From Emiliania huxleyi CCMP1516 (taxonomy: Eukaryota), in contig NW_005201349.1 of assembly GCF_000372725.1 (NCBI RefSeq), forward strand, positions 1-33,619: a stretch of 33,619 nucleotides of DNA. Reading direction: 5' to 3'. Both the position numbers and the translations under genes were made by a program. The notes below the pieces were generated by a model. It made no database searches. It saw only the letters and a list, made by a program, of their open reading frames with translations, and had not been told where the DNA came from. Each line of letters begins with the position of its first letter. The stretch's first letter is position 1. Positions 1-10,239 of the stretch are shown here, piece by piece.

Positions 1-2274
1 GCTGACGGCGGCGCGGGAGGCGGCGGCGGAGGGGGAGCGGCGGCGGCGGGCAGAGGGCGAGGCGGAGCGGGCGGCGGCGGCGGCGGCGGCGGCGCACGCT
101 GCTCTGCAGGAGCAGGCGTGCGCCCGAGATTACCCGAGACTACCCGAGATTACCCGCGATTGTCCGAGATTGCCCGAGGTTGCCCGAGGTTGCCCGAGGT
201 TGCCCGAGATTGCCCGAGATTGCCCGAGATGACGCTGCTCCTGAGGGGTGCGTGCGGCTGTTGCGGCGTCGGGACTTGTGCTTAGACGCTCGCCCGACCT
301 CGGCCTGTCCTGCCCCTCGCCCCTGCAGGTGCGAGGGCTCGAGGCGACGCTAGCTTCTCAGTCGGCGACCTCTCGCCGCCATGACGCGTGGCGGCGTGTC
401 GCCGACGTGACATCGTGACGCGTCCACGACGCATCCCGCCCAGGCGCTGCTGGAGGAGCAGGCCGCAGTCGACAGCGAGCTGCAGCTGAGGGCGGTGCAG
501 CGCGAGGCGGAGGCGGCGGTGGAGGCGGCCGCGGCGCGCGCCGCCGCCTCCGCGGCCGAGGCGGAGGCGGCGCGAGCGGAGGCGGCGGCGGCGACGGCGG
601 CGGCCGCGCGCGCGGGAAGCTGTCGACAGGACATGTCCGTGACACGTCCGGGACACGCCCCGTGTAGGCGGCGGCCGCGTGCGGGCGGGACGAGGCGGTG
701 GCGCTGAGGGCGCAGCTGGCGGCGGTGGGGGGCGGGCTGGGCGAGGCGTGCTGTCCAGGACATATGTCCCGGACACGTCCGGGACATGTCCCGTGTAGGT
801 GGGGGGCAGGCTGGCCGAGGCGTGCGCCGTCGCCGCCGACGCCAACGCGGCGCGGCACGCGGCTGAGGTCGAGAGTAGCACGAGATTGGCACGAGATTGG
901 CTCGAGCTTAGCCGAGAGTAGCACGAGATTGGCTCGAGCTTAGCCGAGAGTAGCACTAGATTGGCACGAGATTAGCCGAGAGTAGCACGAGAGTAGCACG
1001 AGAGGCCGAGAATAGCCGATCTTTACACGAGTTTTTGCAAGCACGACAGAGCACGAGATTGGTCGGAGAGTAGCCGAGGGTAGCCGAGCTAAGTCATGCA
1101 CATGTCCATGACACGTCCGCGACATGTGCATGCACATGTACCGTGTAGGCGGCGCTGCGCGAGGCGAGGGCCGACGCTGCCGGCGCGGACATCCTTCTAG
1201 CGAGCCTCGTCGACGCCGCCACGCACCCGTCTCACGGAAACACTCGTCGGGGCTTGTTCGCAGGCGCGGCGGCTGAGCACGGCGAGGCGGAGACGGCGGC
1301 CAAGGCGAGATCGTGCCGACATCTAGCCGAGATCGTGCCGAGATCTAGCCGAGGTGTAGCCGGAGACGGCAGTGCACCCTTTGGCGTTGCTGGCTGAAGG
1401 GGGCGCCACGACACGTCCACGACATGACCGCTCGACACGTCCACGACGCGTCCACGGCACGTGCCGATAGGCGGCGGTCGCTCTGCTCGGCGACGAGACG
1501 CGGCGGCGGGGCGAGAGTCAGCCGAGATACAGCCGAGATTAGACGAGATGCAGCCGAGACTTGCCGAGACCAGCCGACGAGGCGCGGCGGCGGGGCAAAG
1601 ACGAGAGGCCGTGCGGGCCTTGGCCAGGACCTGTCCATGACATGTCCGAGCCATGTCCACAGGCGAGGACGACGCGGCGGTGCGGGCGGCGGCGCGCGAG
1701 CTCGTGGCGCGGCACCAGGCGGCGGACAAAGATGCAGCCGAGATGCAGCCGAGATATAGCCGAGATGTCACAGAGGCGCTCGTGGCGCGGCACCAGGCGG
1801 CGGCCAGGGCGGCCGAGGCGGCGGCGAGCGCCGCGACGGCCGACTTGCGCGGCGCGGAGGCGGCGGCGGCCGCTGCGGTGGCGGAGGCGGAGGCGGAGGC
1901 TGGGGCGGCGCGGCGGCGGGCAGAGGGGGAGGTCGGGGAGGCGCTGGCGCTGGTGGCGGCGCGCGAAGCGGAGGCGCGGATCGCGATGGCGCGGGCGTTG
2001 GACGCAGAGGCTGCCCTCTCTGCTTGCTCGAGGGCGTGACATGAACGGCGGTCCGTTCACCGGCCGTCGCTGCGATCAGGCGGCGCTGACTTCGGAGGAG
2101 GAGGAGTGGCGGCGTTCGCTGGACGAGGCGTGGGCGCGGGCGGGAGCGGCGGAGCGGGAGGCGGAGCTCCTGCGGGAGAGGCTCGCCCGGCGGACGACAG
2201 GGCCCGCTGCCCCCGCCGATGCTGCGGGATGGGTGCGGTTTGGCGGGGGGGCGCGGCGCAGCGGAGCAGGGTAG
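1..2274 (+). CDS. 3' part of a multi-exon Ala/Glu/Arg-rich coiled-coil protein (5' end outside window)
   Basis: GCG/GAG-rich exon blocks (approx. 1-116, 444-615, 1149-1180, 1264-1303, 1663-1700, 1776-2009, 2080-2274) are separated by repeat-filled introns ending in CAG/TAG. The last exon reads AALTSEEEEWRRSLDEAWARAGAAEREAELLRERL...GAG* with stop at 2272-2274. Exon boundaries are approximate. Confidence 0.65.
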
Positions 2275-2652
2275 GCTCGCAAACCAACGGTCTTTAGAGC
2301 TGCCACCACCTCCACCTCGTGCTGCGGTCGCCCACGACGACTAAGTGGCTGTGCTCGCTGTGATCTGTGAATAAGTCTGTGGCGCGATGAGCAGAAGACT
2401 TCGAAGAATTTAACAAAGACAACTCTCTCTCTCTCAGCAGACAGGCGGACGATTCCCGCCGGGAGACCGTTCCAACTTGTTATGCTTATGGCGCCCTGCC
2501 GCGGCGTACTCGGTCATCAAAGCCCAAAAGGCGCATTGGTCAGCCGCCACCCACGCACCACCGCCTTGGGAAGCACACGGAACTCGGTGGCGTTGGCCCG
2601 GTGGGTGAGGTTCTGGACGAGCGTTTCTGCCGTGGCAAGGGCGATAGCACCG

Positions 2653-3875
2653 TCAGCAACTGCGATCTGCTGCCTGCGCCGTGTCCCAGTGTCCTGTCCA
2701 TGTGGAGAGGGGTGTGTGAGTGTAAAGCATGGCCAACGATGGCAACGACGCACCGATCTGCTGCGGCAGTCTGCTGTCCTTCGCTGGACGATCGTACTGG
2801 TGGATCAGCGCCGAGGGCGTGACCCGGTCCTCCTCCATGATGAGACCGCCCTATAGCCGAGCTACACCCTTGTTGGGCCCCGCATGCAGGCGAGATGCCC
2901 AAACCCCCTTGCATCAAGGCCATCCTCGCCCAGCCGAAGCGAGCCTTCGGTGATCAGCTTGCCAACCGTGTTGACCATCCCGCCGCGGCCACGCTCCTGG
3001 ATGGTTGTCAAGTCGGCCAGTGACCAGAAGGGCGACGCCTCGCTTCGGTTGATAAGCGGCGCGGTATGCCGCAACCGGAAGAGGAGGTAGTCCATGACAC
3101 CCTGATCGATACATCCCGACTGGGAGCGCCACTTGAGGGTGTGCATCCGCTCATGGAACGTAGCGTTCATCTGCGCGCCCAGCGTGCTGAGCCCCCACGG
3201 CGTGCCGGCGATGGTCCCAGCGCAGATGATCGTCTCATTCTTCATCCTCCGCAGGGCCATGTGCCCAAAGCAGCGCTTGATCCACTGGCCCGTGTGCCCA
3301 GACTGGCCATAGGTCTGCGCCTCGCCGAAGAGGACGAGGTCAGAGCCGCGCGGGTAGCGCGCCATCGGGTCCGCTTGGAAGTAGATGTCGCGAAAGTCCG
3401 CAATCAGGCAGTGGCAGTGCCCTCCCCGCCGGCATTCGCCCGCAGCAAGCCACGGCCGCTGGATCCAAACGTAGAGGTTCCGCCGCTTCCCCTGGGCCTC
3501 CCTTTCATCGCCAAGGAGTGGCTCCATCGGCTTGTGGCGAGCACCATAGCGCGCCCACGCCGCCTGGAGCTCCGCGTCCGTCCTCCACGCGTCCCCGCCC
3601 ACAAAGATAGTGATCGCTCCTTTGTAACCGGCCAGCCGGAGTGTCCCCATGAAGCGGTGCGACGCCTCCGCCGTGAGTTGGTGGCCGTAGGCAAAGGTTG
3701 TGACAAGTGGGGGAGTCCGGGACGCCTCGCAGGAGGCGGCCGCGGCGAACCCCTGTAACGGCGGGAATTTAGTGAGGGGCAGCCACGCGTTGGCATCTGG
3801 CATAACCTCGCGAGAGGGATGGCGCAGCCCCGCGCAACTGAGTGCAGGGACAGATGCTGCCGCGTCGGCCGGCAC
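2653..3875 (-). CDS. Putative glycosyltransferase-like protein (D-x-R-D-x-x-FQ-x-DP ... DQG ... HQYDR type)
   Basis: ORF 2862-3875 contains ADFRDIYFQADP, IICAGTIAGT and IDQGVMDYL. A GC-AG intron at 2912-2851 joins it in frame to GGLIMEEDRVTPSALIHQYDR. Start uncertain (in-frame ATG at 3803, or an upstream exon). Confidence 0.7.
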
Positions 3876-4215
3876 CGAGCAGTGCGGTTGCTGTGCGGCT
3901 GCGAGGTGGCTGCAATGCCGATGTGAGAGCGTCCGTCCCCGTCGTGGGCAATTGTTGCGCGACGATGACGTATTTTCTTTTATTGGGCTCCAGCTCGGTA
4001 TACGCTTGCCGGCCGCCGCTGCCGGGGGGCAACTCCGTGCACTGACGGTCGGCCGCCAGAAAACACGCCTGCGTGGATCGCGTCACACCAATCCTCGCTA
4101 CCCAACGCGGCCAAAGGATATCCACCTCGAGAACCTCGAGAACCTCGAGAGACACTCATGGCGCTGTGCGCTGGTCTTCACACCGACAACTTAGGCCACG
4201 GTCTTTGTGACGTAT

Positions 4216-6222
4216 ATGCTGCCGCCATCGCTGCCGCCCGCCGAGTGTCCACCCGGCAGTGCTGCGTCAGAGTACTGTGGCAGCGCAGAGGGCGGCGCCT
4301 ACGTCTTCTCAATCTTTGGCCTGTGCGGCCCGCGGCACCAGGCGCAGCTGCTCACGGCGGCTCGGCTGCTTCAGCAGACTCAGCCCGCCTTTCCGCTCGC
4401 GGCGATGCTGTCGCCGACGTGCCACCGCAACGCCACGTTCCGCGCGATCCTGGTCGGCGAGTCGGTCACGCCACTCTGCGTGCAGCGCTTCGCAAACGTG
4501 CGCTGCCGCGGCGACAAGCAGCTGCGGGACGAGGGGAGGAGCGACTACCTTGGGTACTCCACCTTTGACGAGCACTGGACCAAGCTCAACGTGCTCAATC
4601 TGACGGGACTGCGCGGCGCGCTCCATGTTTCTCCGGGCGTGGTTCCTCACCCCAGGATTGACTCCAAGTCTTAACACTGGCCACAGGCGCGCTCTACCTC
4701 GACTCAGACGTTGTGGTGCGACGAAACCTAGACCTGTAGCGTCTCGGAGAATCTCGGGGGGGAGTGAGAATCTCGTCCAGGTGCGGCGAAACCTAGACCA
4801 CGTCCTCCGATCGCTGCTCTCGTCGCCGCACCTCTCGGAGATCCGCACGCCGCAGGGACGGTTCCTAGACACCTCCTAGACACTTCCTAGACACTTCCTA
4901 GACACTTCGGTTCCGCGATTCTTCCCGAGACCTCTCCTCCTCCGATGAGTGAGTCGAACGGGGTCAAGTAGGCTGCCTCCAGGCCGAGCTCGCCCATCGC
5001 TTCTTCAACACCGGTGATTCCGCGGCCCGGCCCGACGCGCCCCGCCGTCGGCCTAATTCGTCAGAGATGGATTTCCTTCATTAGGTGTGTGGGCGGTCCG
5101 GCCCGACGCGACCGTCTTCGGCGCCTTGGTGCGCCTAGGAGCCCTCTAGGAACCTTCTAGGAACCTTCTAGGAACCTTCCGGGAACCTTCCGGGAACGTC
5201 TTCGGCGCCTTGGTGCGCCGGCTACTCGCGGGCCGCTCCTAAGTCACTAGTTCAGCGCTTCACTGGAAGATCTGACTGACTGACTGCGCTTCACCGAACT
5301 TTTTCCTTAGGTGCGCTGGCTGCTCGCGGGTCATTCAGCGTGCTGGGACGGCGACCAGAGCGCGGCGTGGGCTTCAGCATGAGACAGCGCTGATGCCGAC
5401 ACGAGTCGTGCTACCAACAGGCGACCAGAGCGCGGCGATGGGCTTCCTCCATGTCGGAGGGCCGGGCAGGCGAGCACCTTCCGAGGCACTTCCGAGACAC
5501 CTCTGAGACACCCCCGAGGCACTTCCGAGACACTTCTGAGGCACTGCTGAGACACTTCTGAGGCACTTCCGAGACACTTCCGAGACACTTCCGAGGCACT
5601 TCTGAGACACTTCCGAGACACTTCTGAGGCACTGCTGAGACACTTCTGAGGCACTTCCGAGACACTTCTGAGGCACTTCCGAGGCACTTCCGAGGCACCT
5701 CCGAGGCACCTCCGAGGCACCTCCGAGGCACTTCCGAGGCACTTTCGAGGTACTTCCGAGGCACTTCGGAGACACCTCCGTCGGCGGGCCGCGCAGGGTC
5801 CAGAGAGCGAACGTGTCGCTGCTGCACGCTGGCTACAACCTCAAGGCGGACCAGGGGCCGGCGAGACATGACCCGCGGCGGCGGCGGCTCGGCGAGGCGT
5901 TGCCCACGCCTCACGGGACGGGTCGCTTGCGGACTAGGCGAGCTGTTTGGGGAAGCTGCATCTCAACGAGAGCGAGGTGCACGCGGTGCACTTCTCGGGC
6001 AACGAGAAGCCCTTCGTGAGCAGGAGGGGCAAGGACCCGCTCTGGCACATGGCGCGCAACGCCTACATCGGCGCCTTCTCGCACTGGGCGGCGCGGATTG
6101 GCGGACTGAGCGTGTGCGTTGGCCCGCGGCAGAGCCACGCGAAGGGCTGTTACGAGCCGGCGGCGAACGAGAGCGCGTGGTCGCGCCGGACAGACACTGC
6201 GAGGAAGAGGTCGTGGTCGTGA
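4216..6222 (+). CDS. Glycosyltransferase family 8 (glycogenin/galactinol-synthase-like), multi-exon
   Basis: Spliced reading gives GT8 motifs in order: HWTKLNVLNLT, ALYLDSDVVVRRNLDHV (DxD, ~4688-4805), FFNTGVWAVRPD (~5000-5110), GDQ (~5350-5430), LHAGYNL (~5820), HAVHFSGNEKPF (~5980-6015). Stop at 6220-6222. Confidence 0.85.
5478..5778 (+). repeat. Intronic 11-bp tandem repeat (GAGGCACTTCC/GAGACACTTCT)
   Basis: More than 20 degenerate 11-mers inside a GT8 intron. Related units occur at 4865-4905 and 5140-5197. Confidence 0.95.
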
Positions 6223-6361
6223 CGCGGTCTCTCGTCTGTACGCGCGCTAGTCTGGAGTCTGCCTTGGCTGACAGTATGGAGTCGGGGGCTTGCCGGTTGA
6301 TGGCAGTTAGCCGAACATCCGCGATGCCCCCCAAAATATGTTTATACTACCTCGGCGCTCA

Positions 6362-7202
6362 CGGACTAGGTCCAGCCCTGCCAAGCGGGGTGGCACGGGT
6401 TGTGACATTTGGCGATTCCGCGGCTTACGGCTTTACTGGCCCCTGAGCCGCTCCCCGTGTGCGATTCTTGTGGCCCAGGCATGGGGTACTGTCTACTGAT
6501 AGTAAACGGTTCAGAAAGCTAGGCGACGCAGGTCCATCAGCAGGGCTCATCCAATGCGAGCGCACATTGTGCGTAGCCGCGGGCAGGTGGCAGTGCACAG
6601 CCGCACACCGGCTGTGGCGGCTCGAATGCCCCCGGCAGCAATGCTGGTCATTAACTTGCGTATTGGGGCCGCAGCAGACTGCTGCTGTGGCAGCAGCAGC
6701 AACCTGCTGCTGCCTGATTCAGTCAAGCCAGCGGTGCAGCGAGGCGTGCAGAATTCGCGCGGTTTGGTACCTCCTGAGGCTGAGCGCGTTCAGACCCGGT
6801 GACCGGAGTTGGATGGTTCGATGGACCTCGCCGAGGCAGCTCCATCGAACCATCCATGGCCGGACGGCGGAGCGTGAGGTGGCGAGCGGAGAGATGTACC
6901 GCGCAAGACAAGAAAAACAAGGATCCTATGGATGTCACTGGTGCCGCTGCTTGGCCGCCGCGCTCGCACTCGCTCCTCTCAATGACATCTCGTGAGGCCG
7001 CAACGGTCTGCGAGATCCTTTCGCCCAGCGCGTCCACCACAGAGTTCTCCCAGTCATGTGCCCAAATGCGCCCGCCGTTTTTCGTCGTACCCCCCCTCGA
7101 AACCCGCCGACTTTGATGGGGTCCGGTTCAACCTCACTCTCATCTTATCTATTACAGACACAAAACGTCAGATCTGTGCCACCCTGGGCTGGACCTAGTC
7201 CG
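6362..7202. mobile_element. Possible degenerate non-autonomous TIR element
   Basis: Perfect 17-bp inverted repeat CGGACTAGGTCCAGCCC (6362-6378) / GGGCTGGACCTAGTCCG (7186-7202), continuing inward as GGGTGGCAC / GTGCCACCC. No TSD found and no convincing ORF inside. Confidence 0.45.
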
Positions 7203-7517
7203 CGGGGGCTGCGGCATCGGAGTCTTTCACCGGTGTCTCGCGTGTCTCGCGTGTCCGGCCAGGGGCGTTAATCAAAAACCTAAATTTCGATCGCGCCAGT
7301 GCCTTGCTTCCATTCTGTGACACCTCCAAGGTTGTTGTCATGTGTCAAATCTGGCATCCGCTCACCGATCAGGCATCAGCGCTCGGCTTTTGAGACTTTT
7401 TGTTCATCAGTTCATGTGAGACTGAGAGACAAACGACAGGAAGTGACGGCGTCGGAAGGATCATGGCGCAAGCACAAGGGTCCGATTTCGCTCAAAGTTG
7501 GCCTTGAATTTTCTTAC

Positions 7518-7747
7518 GTCGGCGCAGTCGAAGCGCCACACCTGGCGCGGCGTCGAGTCCGCGTAGACGGGCGCCGGGGTGCTCTCGACGTGCACCTGAT
7601 CGGGCGAAAGGAGGAGAGAAGCTGCGTCTACCGCCAAGCAGGAGCATTGGCTGCGGCTGCGGCTGTACCGAGGAGCAGATGCACGTGCGGCGCAGGAGCG
7701 TCTTGTTGTAGCAGCGGCGAGTGAAGCGCCGCGGCGGCGGGCTGCCG
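7518..7747 (-). pseudogene. Two-exon gene fragment of unknown function
   Basis: Exon-like 7747-7669 (GSPPPRRFTRRCYNKTLLRRTCICSS) and 7595-7518 (VHVESTPAPVYADSTPRQVWRFDCAD) have CAG acceptors and GT donors and join in frame. No start or stop context found. Confidence 0.35.
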
Positions 7748-7859
7748 CTGGCGTCGCAAGGATGGATTGAAATACATTCGAACAAAGAATTTAAACAAAA
7801 CAAACAAAGAAGAGGCGACGGGAGGAACCGGCAGAGGATGCAGTGACGTGACACCCCCC

Positions 7860-7866
<7 letters not shown>

Positions 7867-7923
<57 letters not shown>

Positions 7924-8063
7924 GCTCACCCACGCGCACACTGGGCCTTTTGCACTTTGAATGCCATGGGGCTCCTGTCGTCAGCCGTGGAGACGCGAGG
8001 GTTGCCCCCCCTTGCCACGCCAGCGTGTGTGTGTGGAGAAATTACCTTACCTTACTTACCTTA
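7867..8063 (+). mobile_element. SINE-like repeat family A, copy 1: (CA)n + ~120-bp core + (CCTTA)n tail
   Basis: Core CCGCTCACCCACGCGCAC..TGGGCCTT..GCACTTTGAATGCC.TGGGGCTCCTGTCGTC..CGTGGAGACGCGAGG..GTGTGTGTGGAGAA is shared with 17860-18021 and 19108-19297. Confidence 0.8.
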
Positions 8064-9509
8064 GTGTGAGACGATCAGGCGACGAAGATCTACGTCCGTA
8101 AGCTTCACGCGCTTCACCGCAAACACACCTGGCCATGTGCCATTCCTCACGGCCTCCACATGCCACGGCTTGATGACGAGCTTCACCGCAACAGAAGAGG
8201 ACTTGTAATACCAGTCCATGTACGTAATTGCGTGTGTAATGTGTGCGCTTCGAAGCGAGTTCATCACAAAAGATGGGAGATATATCTCTGCGGGTGGTGC
8301 TTTGAGTAGAGTCTGGTTGAAACCAACGTTCGAGCGCAGTCCAACGGACAGCTCTTGGAGGAGTGCTGTCGAATAAAAGGAGCCATCTGCCTGCCCATAG
8401 TAGCAATTGCCCCCCCCATGCTTCGGTGTCCTGGCGAGGAGATGCCTCATGAGCGGGTCATGCATGCAGACGGCCGCTTCCGTAAAGTGCGGTTTGCAAT
8501 TTTTGCCAAGTGGCTCCGGTCTCCCTGTTCCTTGGCTCGAGCGCTGCTGACATCCCCATCGAGGGATGTTAGACATACCAGCACTGAAGTGGCGCACGTG
8601 CTGGTCTAGACCATGCCGTACCAGCCTCTCATTCTCGGTCATCTGTAGCACATGGGAAAAGTTGTTGTGCCCAAATAAATGACGCGCAGCCTTGTAATTG
8701 ACGAGCAAGATGTCCATAAGTGAATACGGGCTAGCTGAGCCTGCCGACCTCATGAGTAACCGGACGTTGTTGACGATCACCCCGCGAAAGGGTGCAACCA
8801 GTCTGGACACTTCTTCAGAAGTTGTGTTCGATCCTGCATTTTGATGCACAATTATGCGGTTGCAGCAGTAGTGCTGCACATTGCTGATCTGTTCCAGAAA
8901 ATACAGAACGGAGTTCTCAGTGGTCGGGAGTCCGAGGCGAAGGCTAATCGGAATAGACGCTACGATGCCAAAAGACGTCTGCACGGCCGGGCCGCTCGCC
9001 GTTGCATTACTAGCCTCTTCGATCCCAAACCTCACCGTGGCTGGGGTCGGGCCACTTTGTCGCAGGCTAAGGCCCGCACTGCCCCGAGGTGGTGGACGTG
9101 TAGGTGGGGCGCTACTGGGTGCGTGCTGCAGAATGCAGGCCACGTCAGCCCGCGACCGGCAGATGATCCCGCGTCGCAGTATGGCGGGCATGCAGCACTC
9201 TGGAGGTCCCCCCGGGCGCCGAGAGCAGCCATGCCCGCCGCAGAGCCCGCATTTCGCACTGCAGCAGACCTGATTAGTCGGGTGCGGGACTCCAGCCTGG
9301 CAACCCCTGGCATCTACGCCAGCAATCCTGGCAGAGCCCAGCACCGCCGCACGTTGGATGGTGACATTGAGGCTCAAGCGGTAGGGTTCCGGCAGTGATC
9401 CTTCCCGTGGCGAGCGAGATGGTCGCCTCTGTTCGACACGTGCTCTAAAGCCAACCGATCTGGACAGCTCAGCGCGAACTGTCTCGAGCTCCCGCTCAAG
9501 CGACAACAT
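8061..9509 (-). CDS. Uninterrupted 482-aa ORF: Cys-rich module plus a putative glycosyltransferase-like C-terminal domain
   Basis: Long ORF with non-repetitive composition. Cys module CCSAKCGLCGGHGCSRRPGGPPECC..C..C. C-terminal region IIVHQN..VIVNN..FSHVLQMTENERLVR..GQADGSFYS..EIYLPS..FAVKRV resembles, from memory only, uncharacterised GT-like proteins. Confidence 0.7.
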   Translation of the reverse strand: MLSLERELETVRAELSRSVGFRARVEQRRPSRSPREGSLPEPYRLSLNVTIQRAAVLGSARIAGVDARGCQAGVPHPTNQVCCSAKCGLCGGHGCSRRPGGPPECCMPAILRRGIICRSRADVACILQHAPSSAPPTRPPPRGSAGLSLRQSGPTPATVRFGIEEASNATASGPAVQTSFGIVASIPISLRLGLPTTENSVLYFLEQISNVQHYCCNRIIVHQNAGSNTTSEEVSRLVAPFRGVIVNNVRLLMRSAGSASPYSLMDILLVNYKAARHLFGHNNFSHVLQMTENERLVRHGLDQHVRHFSAGMSNIPRWGCQQRSSQGTGRPEPLGKNCKPHFTEAAVCMHDPLMRHLLARTPKHGGGNCYYGQADGSFYSTALLQELSVGLRSNVGFNQTLLKAPPAEIYLPSFVMNSLRSAHITHAITYMDWYYKSSSVAVKLVIKPWHVEAVRNGTWPGVFAVKRVKLTDVDLRRLIVSH

Positions 9510-9597
9510 GCATCAGCTCACCGTGCAGGCGCCAAGTTTCGAGCTTACAGGCCAAGACACGCTCTGAACATCATCCGCAAAACTCCACCATAAAGAA

Positions 9598-9690
9598 TAG
9601 GTAGGTAGGTAGAAAGGTGAAGAACAGCCAGGCTCGGACTGGACACCAACGCGGTATGGGTGGACGCGGGACAGATGATGACGACACGCA
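9598..9690 (-). mobile_element. SINE-like repeat family B, copy 1 ((CCTA)n tail)
   Basis: Near-identical reverse complement of 23852-23950. Confidence 0.8.
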
Positions 9691-9709
9691 TTTTATTACA
9701 ACAAGGATA

Positions 9710-10187
9710 CCCATCACTGAGCCGACAATGCTATGGGTAGCCCCAGGGTGGCGCCCACCCCCATACCCTCAGGCACTTGCCTGCGCCCTGCCCGCGCACG
9801 CCGCGCACGCGCGCGCACGCCCGCGCACGCCGCGCACGCGCGTGCACGCCCGCGCACGTGCGCGCACCGCACGTGCGCGCACGCCCCGCGCACGCCCGCG
9901 CACGCCCGCGCACGCCCGCGCACGCCCGCGCACGCCCGCGCACGTCCGCGCACGCCGCACTACGCGGCACTGCCCAGGTTCCCTCACGCTCAGATTCCCT
10001 CACACTCAGATTCCCTCACGCTCAGATTCCGTGCAAGGGGGTGCCGAGGTATGCCGCAGGCCGGGATGGAGTGAGATCTTGCGGGGCAGGGCGTGGGCTA
10101 GTGCGCGAGGGCGCAGGCAAGTGCCCGAGGGCATGGGGGTGGGCGCCACCCTGGGGCTACCCGTAGCATTGTCGGCTCAGTGATGGG
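9710..10187. mobile_element. MITE with ~80-bp TIRs and TA target-site duplication (Tc1/mariner-like)
   Basis: CCCATCACTGAGCCGACAATGCTA.GGGTAGCCCCAGGGTGGCGCCCACCCCCAT.CCCTC.GGCACTTGCCTGCGCCCT (from 9710) is mirrored at ~10108-10187. TA at 9708-9709 and 10188-10189. Interior has (GCCCGCGCAC)n and three 16-bp TTCCCTCACGCTCAGA units. Confidence 0.88.
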
Positions 10188-10239
10188 TATCCCAAAACTC
10201 CCTAGCATAAAGAAATTCTGCGCGCATGTTTCTGGCGGC

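Noticed and set aside
5331..5914. ORFs with SEVPRKCL repeats
   Set aside because: They are antisense translations of an intronic 11-bp tandem repeat.
8041..8063. (CCTTA)n and (CCTA)n as interstitial telomere repeats
   Set aside because: The units differ from CCCTAA and are always attached to the family A or B cores.
9790..10030. Short repeats resembling a CRISPR array or iterons
   Set aside because: Units are head-to-tail with no unique spacers, lie inside a MITE, and the context is eukaryotic with no cas genes.
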